A DNA stretch of 63,898 bases, counting the filler, from Licmophora abbreviata (taxonomy: Eukaryota): NCBI GenBank assembly GCA_900291995.1. It is 18 parts of 18 records of this genome, joined end to end, with 100 filler letters (N's around TTAATTAATTAA, not from the genome) between each part and the next. Parts side by side here need not be neighbours in the genome. Positions count along the whole stretch, not along the records: positions 31,916 to 36,386 come from OLMU01003893.1; positions 36,487 to 38,241 come from OLMU01003894.1; positions 38,342 to 39,621 come from OLMU01003895.1; positions 39,722 to 42,336 come from OLMU01003896.1; positions 42,437 to 45,417 come from OLMU01003898.1; positions 45,518 to 51,561 come from OLMU01003899.1; 12 more parts are not named here. The stretch is one strand, 5' to 3'. The position numbers and the translations under genes were made by a program. Positions 32,588 through 46,000 of the stretch are shown piece after piece. Each line of letters begins with the position of its first letter. Positions within the stretch are counted from its first letter, which is position 1. The notes beneath the pieces are model-generated. The model was not told where the DNA came from and made no database searches. It saw nothing but the letters and a program-made list of their open reading frames with translations.

Positions 32588-33776
32588 TTACATTTTGAAC
32601 GTCGTCTTCATGTCCATGCGATGGCCCGTACTCATCTCCGGAATTTGCGTGTACTTACCATGGAGAAGCTTGCGAATGTTTCCCAACAATGCAACGTACG
32701 ACTGATCGAAGCCATTCTTTTCAAAGGCTTCCCGAAAGCTCCACGACATGGCACCTGTTGCCTGTCCTCCGATGTTGGCTGAGGAGCAACAAAGCAGTGC
32801 GTGAGATGGCATACACACAAACTGTGACAAACAATCATACAACCCAACTAGACGTACCATCCGCAGAAGTCTGTTCGTCCCGACACCCTGAAAACTGAAT
32901 AACATCCGCCACTGTCGACCTGATTTCAACCTGCCTTTTCTTGGCTTCTTCATTCGGTTGAGCAGGCGAGTCGCTCATGTATAAAGTCAAGGCCTTGACA
33001 CCCGATACGAGGGCTCCTGCTTTGTCACCTTTCATATAACTCATCCCGGCGCTAAGCGCCGCGTCGAGTGCCGCCTTGCGATTATCAACCTCGTGCACTT
33101 CCAGGTTTCCATCGGGTGCGTACGTAAAGGGCAAGTCAAACACGCTCCCCGAGTGGCAACAATCCATAATGGCAGTGAGCCTTACACCTTCTGGTAGACC
33201 TGCCACCAAAAGAGCATGTAGCTCATCATCGACGATGACTCCGGCCTTTTCGTAGTCTACTGGAACAAGCGTCTCATCCTTTCCATCCACTTCGTCCGAG
33301 TCGTTGTCGTTCTGCGACCCACCGTGTCCACTGTAATGAAAGAACAACGAGTCACCACTCTTGGCACCACTGACTAGCCACTTGAAGGCCTGAATCATGT
33401 TTGCGCGCGTCGGCATGTTTTGTTGATCATTGTCGACCAAGACTTTCATGTGCTCCGCGTCGGTAGGAAACTTAAAGTGCTGCACGACAAACTTGGAAAT
33501 GTTTTCCACATCATTGATACACCCTCGTAGTTCAGCGCTGGAACCAAAATAATTTATACCAACAAACAAGGACTTTTTGTTACCGTCGCACGTCGACAGA
33601 GGAATGTTGGCGCCGTCGTCGAGATCGCTGGCGGCAGCGCGGGCTTGGCTGGCGTTGTCTCCGCCCGTGTTGGCCTCGTCGTCGTTGTTTTGACTATCCT
33701 TTTCCTTTTGCTGCTCCTCCAACACATCCAAGGCTACGCCTGCGGCTGCCTTTAGGAACCCGCCGAAACCACTCAT
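32588..33776 (-). CDS. Metacaspase (type I order, p20-p10), 1 intron
   Basis: KSLFVGINY, LRGCINDV, catalytic dyad HYSGHG and DCCHSG, FSGCRDEQTSAD | ANIGGQATGAMS. Intron 32779-32857. Confidence 0.95.
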
Positions 33777-34065
33777 GTTGAGAGCCAAAGCTGCAGCAGG
33801 CGGCGTGATGATCTGTTCGACGTGATGTGTGCAAGAAAAAATGGCTCCTTCGCGATCCGCGAGTGAGTCGAGTCTTGAGAGCGCACCTCGCGGAGCTCGT
33901 GGCGCTCTGATGAGATCTGATGAAGGTCAAACTTCAAACTTCAAATCGTCTTCACTTTGCTTTCGAGGAGAGTACATAGCATGGGCAGACTGAGGATGTT
34001 TCATCTACGCAAAATTAACAGCAGTGATAATATACCGACAAGAAATAGCTAGGAGTCGGTTTCTA

Positions 34066-34725
34066 CTATCCTTCGAAGCCCTCTTTCAATTCATCCACGT
34101 CGACTCCCCACGCCTTGACCATTTTCTTGTTTCGCGGTCCCTCCAGCATGGTCGCCAGTCCACCTGATGCCTTTGGAGGCGGGTTCACTCCTACCAATTT
34201 GGTTACAAAGAACTTGACTGACACTGTACAAAGAAGGTACACAAACAAGAATGCACATGCCTGATCCATTCCACCCACTGGGTTCTTTTCTTCAAAGCTC
34301 GGCGAAACGACATCCTCCAGGTCCAACGTTCTCTGCGTCAAACGCCGCATCATTTTGAATGGTGCAAAGGGCAATACCGCCACAATACGTCCGCTATACT
34401 CGGTCGAAAAGATGCGATACAAAACGACAAAGACGAGACTGCCAAAGATACGGGGCGACATGTGCTTTTGTGCGACATCCGCTGCCGCCTGATGATATTC
34501 GTCCGACGCACGCTGTAGCTTCTTGGCATTCTTTTGCTGTTTGGCCGCATCCGCGTTCTCCAGCGAAGCCACGATCTTGTCGTATTTGAAGTGCGTTCGC
34601 TCCAATAGCGACAAGGCACGTTGGTATGGTTCTCGGGAGAAGATAGTCTTTCGGGCAACTAATTCACACAGGAATTGTACCACTGCTACTGTAGTGGCAA
34701 TATTGAGTATATCGGAAGCCGTCAT
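34066..34725 (-). CDS. TMCO1: TMCO1/DUF106-family ER membrane protein
   Basis: TM - coiled coil - TM layout, YSGRIVAVLPFAPF, R.L, CAFLFVYLLCTVSVK..V.KLVG. Confidence 0.75.
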   Translation of the reverse strand: MTASDILNIATTVAVVQFLCELVARKTIFSREPYQRALSLLERTHFKYDKIVASLENADAAKQQKNAKKLQRASDEYHQAAADVAQKHMSPRIFGSLVFVVLYRIFSTEYSGRIVAVLPFAPFKMMRRLTQRTLDLEDVVSPSFEEKNPVGGMDQACAFLFVYLLCTVSVKFFVTKLVGVNPPPKASGGLATMLEGPRNKKMVKAWGVDVDELKEGFEG

Positions 34726-35371
34726 GACAGTCTAAGAGAGAGGATGACGGAAAGTAGCGTGCGATATCCGACGATAGAGTATGCTGCTGATGGTGTGAGA
34801 AGTTGACAATGCACAGATTGATTCGATTCTAGATTCCATTACCGTTCACTCACTCTTTTGGCACCCGGACAGCGGAAGGACACCGATTTTCGGCGGCAAA
34901 AACTGTGACACTTATGGCCGATTCAGCCAATACGAGTTGCCCGTAAAACACATGGCATATATACACCTTATGCCTCTCAATACGTGAACTAAACATTATG
35001 TCCCCCTTTTAGAGAAAAATAGCGCGCGAAAACTGTAGGCTATATGAAAAACCATAAATACAAGCTCGGCTCACTCCTCTGAATCCCTGACAGGGGAAAA
35101 TTCTCTGGTACTCATTGTACAATCCTACGATCAGTATATAAGCTTCATGAGCTGATAGGTATATATGTATTGCTTCATGACCAGCATCTTCGTTGGCTGC
35201 CAAAAAGGACGCGGTTCAATCTCTTGGTGCGTGAGGAATGAGGATTCCAGGCCGGTTCAGTTCACTTGTGGGCGACGACGTCGCTCCTTTGGGTCGAAGA
35301 TACACCAATTTGAAGTCAGATCTTTGCATCTCTTCAAGAGCAGGGCGTTTCTTGAACTGGTGTGAGCAAGA

Positions 35372-38300
35372 ATGCAGCTAGAGCGCCGGTATCTTCATCA
35401 CAACGAAGCTCCGAGCACTGCCAACCACGGCACACCGCGAAACATGAGCAACGCCCCTTGGCAGCAGCAGCACCCAGGCCCTCCTCAAGCTATCAGTAGT
35501 GCTCACAGGCCTCTATCTCCCCGCGAAAAACAGCTCCAAGAACAACGGGACTCTACCTACGATCAAGAGTATCCTGGACTTGGGGCCAATTCTGGCTGGG
35601 ACAACCAATCCGGCACCGACCATCGTAGTACTAGTAGTGGCGGTACGGGCGGGAGCGGCAACATCTGGGGCGCACCTCAGCAGCCCAGCAAGGAAAATAT
35701 ACCCGAAGTCTCGTCCCCCGTGCCGAGGGCATCGCCTTCCTTCTCTCCCTCCCATGCATCATCTTCTCCGCATCTTCGTGGGAACCAGCACTACGAAGCA
35801 GACATGGTTTCAGCCATGTCTGGACTGAACTTTCAGGGCGTTACGTCCAAACCAACGCTCTCCTCCTCTGTCAGCCTCGCCAGCGGTGCATCCGGAAACA
35901 CCTCCATCCCCGGACTCATCGGTCTCAGCTCTGCTTCCAACATGGATAACAGCATCGATCCTACGACTGCCACTCAGAGTTCTATACAAGCCGCCGCACA
36001 GCTGCGTCGTTCCCCCATCAACCTGCAGCGCCGCGAATCGGACGACTCGTCGTCTCGCCAGAGCGGCAGCGCCGGTCGCAACAGTCGTCGCCGTCGAGGG
36101 CGTAGAGGCAAGCAAAGCCACAGCTACCCGCAGCAGCAACAGAACTCTTCTCCCGAAGGCGACATGCCAGGCCCCCCTCCGCTGCAGCTTCGTTCTAGCG
36201 GCGATACGGAAAGCTCCTCGGAAGCGCTCCGCGCTTTGATGGGCAGTCCTACCATGGCATCGCGTCAGAACTCCGGTGCGGACATTCTCCTGTCCGACCT
36301 GGCATCCCGCCAGTCTTCACGCGGGGGCACGTCCTTGTCGTCGGCGGAAACGCACCCCATTCTTCCTCAACAAATGGCGGCGGAAGNNNNNNNNNNNNNN
36401 NNNNNNNNNNNNNNNNNNNNNNNNNNNNNNTTAATTAATTAANNNNNNNNNNNNNNNNNNNNNNNNNNNNNNNNNNNNNNNNNNNNATTACGGCGAAGAC
36501 GACGATGAGGCATACTACGACGAGGACGCTTCCTGGGATCAAGGTGGACTTACGCATGGCTCCTCTTTGGCATCTTCTCAAAAATCCAAACGCCGCGAAT
36601 GGCTCCTTCGCATGAATCGAAGGTTGCAGGAAACGCCGGTGGGCGAACTCGATCCGACCGTTGTCCCCTTGAATGCCGTCATGAATGGATGGGCCAAGAC
36701 CAAGAGTTCACAGGGTGCTGCCATGGTCGAAATGTGGCTCAACCGTTCTCAGCAGGAATTCGATGCGGGGAATAGTCGTGTCATGCCCACAGCGAAAATG
36801 TACACTATGGCAGGTAAGCAGATGTTGTATTGTTTGTGTGACTTTGCGTCGTCTGTTACACTCGATAGTCTCTCACTCACGGACTACTCCATTTACTGTC
36901 TTGTTCCTGATTAGTCGACGCATGGGCCAAAAGTGGGGAGGGCGGTGCCGCCGCAAGACGTGCCGAGGCCATCTTGCAGCACATGAATCAACTTTACCAG
37001 TCGGGGGGACACGACAACTTGAAGCCGACAACAGGCATTTTCAATGCCGTGATTAACGCCTGGGCACGAAGCCGCGAGAAGATTGCACCGGTACGCGCCG
37101 AGCAGATTCTTGAGTGGATGGAGAAACTCCACGATAATGAAAATTTGGACATTCAGCCTGACAAGTACACGTTTAATACGGTTATTCATGCATGGGCCAA
37201 GTCGGGAGGAAAAGAAGCGGCAGTAAAGGCCCAGCAGCTGTTAAACCAGATGCACAAGATGCACCAAGAGGGGAATCTGCTGGCCAGGCCGGATACAATT
37301 ACGGTAAGTTTGGAGGTGGTCGCTCCGGAGTGCATGGACGAATCGTTTGGCAAGGTTTGCTCATTCTCATCTTGTTTCGGGTTCCCGTGTTTTGCAGTAC
37401 AATGTCGTGATCAACGCATGGGCAAAGAGCATGAGCAGAGGGGCAGCCATGGAGGCTGAGAAGTTGCTCACCAAGATGCATCGCCTTCACGAGAGCGGAG
37501 AGAAGCACGTTATGCCAAATGTCGTTACATATGGGGCTGTGATTGACGCATACGCCAAGAGTGGAGAGAAGGGAGCAGCAGCAAGGGCCGACACGCTGCT
37601 CGCCAGTATGATCCAGTTGCATCAGTCGGATCCGATCAGTAATAAGGACCTGGCTCCGAATACTTATGTTTTCAATACGGTCATCAATTGCTGGGCCAAG
37701 AGCAAGGAACCGGATGCCGCATCGAAAGCAGAAGAGATGTTGGTCGCCATGGGACAGCTTGGAATTCCAACTCTGAAACCCGACGCGTTCACGTATACCG
37801 CTGTGATTGATGTGAGTATTCGAATATTGATATGTTACCGTTGTCAATACGTGCTGTTTCTTTTTTTGACACCTTGCCCTCTCTCGTTTTCAGGCGTGGG
37901 CTAAAAGTGGACATCGCGGCGCCGCTTCTCGGGCTGACCAGCTACTCGACAAGATGGAAGCGAAGTACATGGCTGGAGATGCGGACCTTAAGCCGAACAC
38001 CTTCACTTACAATGCTGTCATCAATGCACTCGCGAAGAGTGGGGAGCCGGGAGCTGCCGCAAGGGCAGAGCGAGTGCTGCAGAACATGGTGAACCGCCAC
38101 CGTACCAACTCGAACAACGACATCAAGCCCACTACGATCAATTTCAACACGGTCCTTGATGCATGGGCGAAGTCTGGCGGCGGAAGGGCCTCGGCTGAGC
38201 GCGCAGAGGAGATTTTGGAGTGGATGGATCGGCTATACAAGNNNNNNNNNNNNNNNNNNNNNNNNNNNNNNNNNNNNNNNNNNNNTTAATTAATTAANNN

Positions 38301-39340
38301 NNNNNNNNNNNNNNNNNNNNNNNNNNNNNNNNNNNNNNNNNGATGCTTGGGCCAGATCGGGGGATCGCATGGCTCCTCACCGGGCGGAACAGATTGTGAA
38401 TCATATGGACGAACTCTACCGTGCAGGTAACAAGGGCGTAAAGCCTGACACGTACACATACAATACTTTGGTGAGTCTATAATGGCGATTTCCGCATTGC
38501 GGCTCCCAACTGTGCGAGAAGATCTCACACATTTCGTCGGTGCTGCGGTTCGTAGATCAACGCCTGGGCAAAGTCTGGCGAGAAGGGTTCCGCTGCTAGA
38601 GCGGAACATGTCTTGTCTGTAATGGAGAGACGCTATGCCGATGGGGACCAGGACTTCAAGCCCAATACACGCACACACACATCTGTCATTGATGCTTGGG
38701 CGAAGTCTGGGGAAAAGGGAGCAGCGCGACGGGCAGAGCAGATTTTGAACGCTATGCAGGGTCTCTTCGAGTCTTCTGGGGATTCGGATGTCAAACCGAA
38801 TGTCCACACAGCCAATGCTGTGTGTAACGTAAGTCCATGGTCAGTCGTATCCATTGCCTGAAAGCGAGAAGACCTTTGTCTGACTCCAGCTCTCTTCTCT
38901 CAACCGTTCAGGCTTGTGCATTCACCAAAATCGCAGATGACAGGATTGAGGCACTTCAGATTGCCTTCCGGGTCTACGACTGGCTTCTCGCCCAACCGGA
39001 TATGGATCCCGATGCGTACACTTACACAATTCTCCTTTCCGTCTGTGCGAATCTCTTGCCAAAAGAAGATACTGCTGGTCGATATTCGCACGCAAAAGCT
39101 TTCTTTGAGCGATGCTGCGAAGCTGGTCACGTAAACGACTACGTCTTGCGCAAGTTGCGTGCCACCGTGTCGGAGGAAGAATATCTCACTCTCGTCAACT
39201 ACCAGGCCAACGCATCAGCCGCAGCCATGCCACCAGCTTGGACCCGAAACGCACGTGGGAACTCGCACTCTTCTAGGGGAAGGAAGAGCTCCTGTCACTG
39301 GTCAAACCGTCGCGGCAGCAATGCGAAGAATAGGAAATGA
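35372..39340 (+). CDS. Pentatricopeptide-repeat protein with a long disordered N-terminus; at least 5 introns, spans 2 spacers
   Basis: Repeats of the type P(N/D)..TYN.VI(N/D)AWAKSG...AA.RAE.IL..M. Introns 36814-36914, 37304-37397, 37812-37893, 38471-38555 and 38829-38911. The join of the N-terminal part across 36387-36486 is inferred. Confidence 0.85.
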
Positions 39341-39721
39341 ATCAATCCATACAGGTCAACTACATTCATCACACTCAATCCGCGCCATGTGGCTGTTAAG
39401 CGCCACCTCATCCGACGGCACAGCAAGCCTACATTTACAGAATAGAGTACAAGCACAAGGACTAACATTTAAATGGTCGTTTGCTACTTTAGCCAGCCGC
39501 CCGTTTCAGAAGAGAGGAAACTTTGGCATATCCCTATCTCGCTCGGCAGCCGCCCGGCGAATCGCTTGCCAAGCTAGCCACCCTTGCAAATAATTTACAG
39601 CCAACACAGCAGCCCGTGCAGNNNNNNNNNNNNNNNNNNNNNNNNNNNNNNNNNNNNNNNNNNNNTTAATTAATTAANNNNNNNNNNNNNNNNNNNNNNN
39701 NNNNNNNNNNNNNNNNNNNNN

Positions 39722-40567
39722 CATCAAGAGCCCGAACCCATCTCTCTCCACCAATTTATGTCGGCCAGAAGCAGCTACGGACGTGCTTTCAACAAGATCC
39801 CTCCAAACAGTCTCGACTTGGTCAGTATCCTCCAAGTTTACCACATCCAAAGCGCCCACGTGCTCCGGCGTGATGCCTTGCAGATCTTCGTCGAGTACAA
39901 TCTGCGAGGCAGTAGACTCTAGCGTAAACTGTTTTCCATCGCCTTTGTTTTCGTCCTGTATTGACCGAAAGAAAACGATGACGTGCAGCTTTTCTAGCCC
40001 AGCTTGTTGCCTTCTCCTTACACCCTCCAAGAGACGTGTCACCCATGCACGATGGTTCGCTGTCCCCGGATTCTCAAACCAAATCACCACCACATCGCAT
40101 ATGGAACAAAATGCTTCTATAGAAAAGTCATCCCTAGGAAGAGTGGCTCTGGATAGTCTCTCTGTCTCGCCTGATCGTTGTGGCTTGGATGTGAGCACGA
40201 GTGACGATTTCGAGGCGGCTGTCGGAAGGAGTCTCGTCAGCCAAGTCACCTCGGACTGTCCAATGGAATCACCAGCAGTCTGTTCTCCCAGTGGAACAAT
40301 CCCGACGGAAGTATATTGAGATGCTTCGTCGCCAGCCACCTCCCCCGAGATATCAACTCCACCTCTCCAGGATATATTATTGAGTAAAGTCTTGAGTAAA
40401 TGCTTATTAGCAGTGGAAGATCTACCATACCCCCACGTCCGTTTTCTTGCATGATGGACTGAATTCCAAGAGTTCCATGATCTTCCGTCGCCGCACAGCA
40501 ACAAGCTGAGTAGAAGAGTGACAGAAAATCCCACCGGAATCAACGGTATGAAGACACCGCCAGCCAT
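39722..40567 (-). CDS. Hypothetical protein with an N-terminal signal/TM segment, 3'-truncated at the spacer
   Basis: MAGGVFIPLIPVGFSVTLLLSLLLC, with the frame open for more than 280 codons to the contig end. No recognised motif. Confidence 0.55.
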
Positions 40568-42208
40568 CGTCGTCGTTGTTGATGGTTTGATGGTGTACTC
40601 GTAAGTAATGTGGTGTACGGCCGGCACTTCGAACATCGAACGGTGCAAGACAAAACTCAAAATGAACTCACATCAGAATGAATCAAAACGTCACACTCGT
40701 GACTGTCATTTTCAGTCACGACTCAAACTTCATGCAGCGTGACACCATGACCGTAACTGACAGATGACTTGACGACTCGACTCGATCACTCTCTTATGAA
40801 TCATAGCGTTGCAAAAGAGTGTTCCTAATCTAGGTCTTACCGGTACCAGGTACTAACCTACCTCACCCATAGTATGCACTCCTGGCACAACTTTGAGGAA
40901 CTTGCAAGCTTGATTCGTAGTAGAGGCGAGTTAGAATCGAAGCTCTTGAGGCTTGCACTGCCGAGCAGCCAGAGTGCGAGTTGGCTACATCTGGTACAGT
41001 ACTAGCTAGCTAGTCGCTTCTTGATTGCTTCTACGATGCTGGAAGTAGCTAGTACAATCTGATCCCTCGTGTTGCGCAAGGACCTCCACCGGAGCTCGTG
41101 GATCTCCTCCCAACGGCGACTGGTATGATTTCCTGCTCGAACATGCGAAATGTAGCTAGCAGCTCATTCTAGAAATGAGGGCCAACGACGATGGCTACTT
41201 ACTTGCAAGCCAATCATCATCTATCTACATAGACAATGTATGACAACTGAGTTAACTGTACCTACCGACTCTATTACAAATACTGGGCACAAGCACGCCG
41301 TGCAGTATCCAATGCACAGATCATTCTTAGACTGACTCTCTCCCGACCCTAATTTTCAAAGTTCGAGCGCCGCGCCGCCTCTAAAAAAAGGCGGGCTCCA
41401 CGACCTGGCGAGGATAGCCTGGTAGATACATGTTCAACGGAAATGTATACATATCGTGGGCTGATTGAGAATATTTTGAGCAAACATAGTATTGATCCAA
41501 TCCGGCATGCGTGATATACAATTTTTTTTCTTAAATTTGTGGCTGTCATACTCGCCACAACGCATAAGATACTGATGATTTTGTGTAGAACCCACAGCAA
41601 AGCATATAGACAAATATAACCGATAGTACCTGCACACAAATGGTCAAAATTCGAGCGAAGTCAGATCATTGAAAAATCAGTGTATACCTTCCATACCGAA
41701 TATGAATCATATAATTATCTATGCCTTCAGGGGATATTTTCAAATTACACGTGCTTATAGCTCAACTGACACGCCATCGCCGTTCGGCGGCTGGGCAGGC
41801 GTGGAACGCGATGGTCAAGCCTCCATTCAAGAAAAGGAGCACAACACCACTGCATTGCGCTTTGACGACGAGTGCAGCGTTTGAGTCCGAAGTCTTGACG
41901 ATTGGATTGTCCAGACGGTACGAGACCAGCGCCCCCACGAAGTTTGATAGCGTTCCTAACCATTGGCAAGAGAACGCACTGTTGAAACATAGGGGGAAAG
42001 CCGGGGCATCACTACGAACTACGAGTCGCCGATATTGACCTGATATACGTCGCGCTAGATAGGTACAACAACACCTCGCCGTCCAAACCACCACCACTCT
42101 CTCCCTCACCACTGAACTGCAGTGCCTGTATCATTTCTGGACTTGCGTGGAGTAATGCTAGTTGTATGAGCAAAGGGCTGGGGAAAATTGCTTCACGAGT
42201 TTCACGTC

Positions 42209-42945
42209 ATGTCTAAAGAAGAAGAAAAGAACGAGGAGCTTCCACCGAGCAAGCAATCGCCCGAAGAGGACGCCGAAGCGGAGGCGAAGAAGGACGATCA
42301 TGCAAAACAGGAAGAGACCGAGGACCAGACTGGAAGNNNNNNNNNNNNNNNNNNNNNNNNNNNNNNNNNNNNNNNNNNNNTTAATTAATTAANNNNNNNN
42401 NNNNNNNNNNNNNNNNNNNNNNNNNNNNNNNNNNNNGGATGCCCGACATCCCAATGTCGCCACTCCCTCCTGGTATGGGACGACATTATCCCCACCACCC
42501 TGGTATGCCTTCACCAGGACCTTTTGCGTCACCTGGCATGATGGGCTTTGCGAGCCCCGCAAGGCGGAGCGACTATCGTGGTCACCCGGGACCGCATGAC
42601 TACATGCAGCCTGCGCACCCATACGCTCATGCTTCGCCTACAAACAGATCACAGCTTCATATGCCACAGAGGTCCTCTGAAGTTGCTCAGCATCGCCATC
42701 CTGACGGATCTATGACGATATCTATTGGACGAGGCGGCAATGGCGCGCCTGCTTTCGGTGGCGAGCCCCGCCTTTCTCCCCCACCTGACCAGGCAGGCGC
42801 AGTTAACATGTCTGACATGCTCTTTTACGACAATGGCGAGGGCCCAGAGGGCCAGCCGTCAGTGTCACAGGGTGGTCGAGGTGGAGGCGACGCGGAAGGC
42901 CCAGGACAAGGCGAACCAGACGAAGAAAAGGATGGTACGATGTAG
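42209..42945 (+). CDS. Hypothetical low-complexity protein; middle lost in spacer 42337-42436
   Basis: Acidic N-terminus MSKEEEKNEE and a P/G/H/M-rich C-terminus on the same strand. The join is inferred. Confidence 0.45.
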
Positions 42946-43056
42946 TCGTGGAGCGCGAGATGTATGTCAATTGTGTCAAAGTGTTTTTGTTAGTGAAGAC
43001 TATAACTATCGTATAATAGCGATGAATGTTTAGCGACGAGGGCGTTTCCAAGCAGG

Positions 43057-46000
43057 CTAAATCGTGAGGTCAATAGCGTCGTTAGCAAAGGCCCCGGACT
43101 TTGCAAGCTTGCCCCCAGACTGCGTCGAGCGATAGTTCTTGCTGCGCTGGGGGCTGCCTCTTAGTATTCCAGGTGCGGCTACTGCTGCAGTGGCAATACC
43201 CTCGTCTTCGTCGCTACTTGAGCAAAGAAGCACTTCGTACATAGATTTCTTGGTTAGGGTTCGCTGCTTCACAGGCCTACCCGCATCCACAATCCTTCCC
43301 TCATGTACGATTGTGGCCCGCGACGCCAACGACTTGCTTGGTGGCGACGGGACGTGAGCTTTTGAAGATTCACCAGATGAATTCGTAGGCGCTGGCAGTT
43401 TCCGAGGCGATGGACGGGACTTTTTTGACCTAATGGAGAGGGGGGTCGGTGTCCTAGCCCGCGTCTCTGCCACCACATCCTTCGTCGAACCTTTAACTTT
43501 TCCTGATGGGGACTCGTTTTTCCCGTTGCGGACTTTAGACAGCAAGCTCTTGTCAGCAGCCCGCCTTAAGGGCGTCGGGGACAGTTGTCGCTTTCTCGGA
43601 GTAGTGACACACGGGGAGAGCTCACAGTCCACGTCCACCTCGGGCATACTACGCGCCTTTTCCGCCTTGGAGGCTGGCTCGGACTGGGAGCCCTCGCCAG
43701 GGAACAAGTTCTTCTTGCTCGTAGTTCCCCAAACGTAATCGCTTGGTATTGGTTGCTGGTGCTCAGGATGGCTAGCCGAACCAACTCCAGGTGCGTGGTC
43801 AGCGGACGCCTTGGCCTGAGCGCCAGACCTGTCTCCATTCAAAGCTGCCGGTTCTTCTTCCTGTGATGCTTCCAAATCAAGGTCGGCCCCAGTATCTTCA
43901 AGTAGCGTCTCATGGTAGTGGAGTTTGCTGATCATTGATGTATGGCCAAAAGTACCCAACGACTGACGCTTTTTGAGGCCGGTCTCGTTGCCCATTTCTA
44001 GAAGGCCACTCAGAATCACGTCGCGCTTGATCGATGCGAGCTTTTTCTCCTCCGAAGCAGAATCAACCGAGACATCGATTGACTCGCGCAGAATCGGCAG
44101 CGATTCCTTTGCCTCTCCTTCCTTAGACTCAAGTCGCCTGATTTTCTGCTGATGAAAGTAGGTTGTATACCAGCGCGTGTCGCGTTCGAGGGCATTGCAT
44201 GTATTGTTTACTGCGTCAAACTGATTCATTTCGCATGACCACAAGTCAGGCAAGTTCTCGACGTCGGCTTCCGGAGGAAGCATCCTCCACTTTTCACAGA
44301 TATCGCATTGAACCCACGAATCCATCTCTTGAACCTCACTCAACTCTTTCTCGGTAAAGAACCTTTCAGGATGGCGCTGGTCGACGACTCTTTCAGCCAA
44401 ACCACTCTTATTGACAGAGCGACTGTAGATTTTCTCCTCGATCGACCCCTCCGTAATGAAACGATAGGCGAACACGGGCTTCGTTTGACCGTATCGGTAG
44501 CATCTGCCCAGAAAGACATGGGACGGCGAAATAGGTCGGTGAGAAGTAGAGCACACTACGATTGCTGAAGCGGTGAAGACACGTTCATTTTCTTACCTGA
44601 AGAGAGCCTGCTCCGTGATACTAGGATTCCAATGGTTGTCCAATATTACGACCTGGGAAAGGAAAGAAACTGTGTGAGTGAAGAGGAGACGGCATGGCGT
44701 CACACACGCCTCAACCCAATGTTTCATATAACTTACGCGGCTTGCGGCGGTGAGGTTGATTCCTAGCGAGCCCGCCTTGATTGAAATGAGAAAAATCTTG
44801 CCGTTTGACGATTCTAAATGAAGAGGAGCGTCGGGCGAGTACTCTGTCCCCTGAAAAGATGCAATCATATCGCCACGCTCAGAAGCACTGACTTGTCCAT
44901 CAATTCGAAGATACTGCTCATTCTTCCGCCAACTACCAAGTTTCTTTCCGGATGAGATTGACGTGAGATTTGATACGAAACGGCCCCAGTCGTCCATATT
45001 CAAGATTTCTTCAATAAAGTCGAGAGTGCGAAGACATTGGCTGAAGCATACAACCTTCTCGCCGAGATGATCGGCGTGAGCCAGGATCCGTAAGAAAAGC
45101 ATGATTTTGAAGCCGTTTTCTACATCCTTCAGCTCGTCCGTTCCTCGCTTCGCCACCGCCTTGCTCCACCATGCTTCCTTAGATCTCTCACCGGTCGGTC
45201 CCGTTAGATTCGCCGAACTTGGTACTTTCGATTTCGAGATCTCAGCATGGCTATTTTGAGATTCTTCTCCCGCTGTCTTGCCATCGACTGAGACGGGCGC
45301 AATTGTGCGCTGGCTGCATCTAGAGGACATGAGGAGGCAGGCGGGATGGTTGTGCAGTGGGCGCACACTGGACTCGAATTTCAGAAAGTTGTCGTTCGCA
45401 GGAAATTTTTCTTGAATNNNNNNNNNNNNNNNNNNNNNNNNNNNNNNNNNNNNNNNNNNNNTTAATTAATTAANNNNNNNNNNNNNNNNNNNNNNNNNNN
45501 NNNNNNNNNNNNNNNNNCTCGAATTTCAGAAAGTTGTCGTTCGCAGGAAATTTTTTCTTGAATGCACGGTACAATCGCGCCTGTGTTTTACTCTGGCGAA
45601 CATGAAGAACAACTTGCTGCATCGGCGGGAGCTCTTTGGACAGCACCGAGCGATCTCGTCTGTGCATGAATGGCGCCATAATACTTGAAAGTTTCCCTGT
45701 GAGACGCACTTGCTCACGGACTTGCCGTGCCGACGAGTCGGAAGCCAGCCCTTCCATTATCGGGCGTTGATAGATGCGCTCGAAATAGGATTGAGATCCC
45801 AAGCATCCCGGTCGGCACCAGGAGGCCATTCGCTATGGGCAAGACGTGAGACAAAATTTGCGAATGAGCTCAAAAGATTACAGTATCTTGACCAACTTCT
45901 TCGGTAAGCGCATGCCTTGTACTCACAAAATACTCTCCGAGTGAATTCTGAAGTGGGGTGCCGGACAAAGCCACCCTCTTGACAGTAGAAACCGTGCACA

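Noticed and set aside
32588..34725. Type III metacaspase, or a functional metacaspase-TMCO1 calcium death module
   Set aside because: The domain order is ordinary p20-p10, and adjacency alone in a gene-dense genome is no evidence of linkage.
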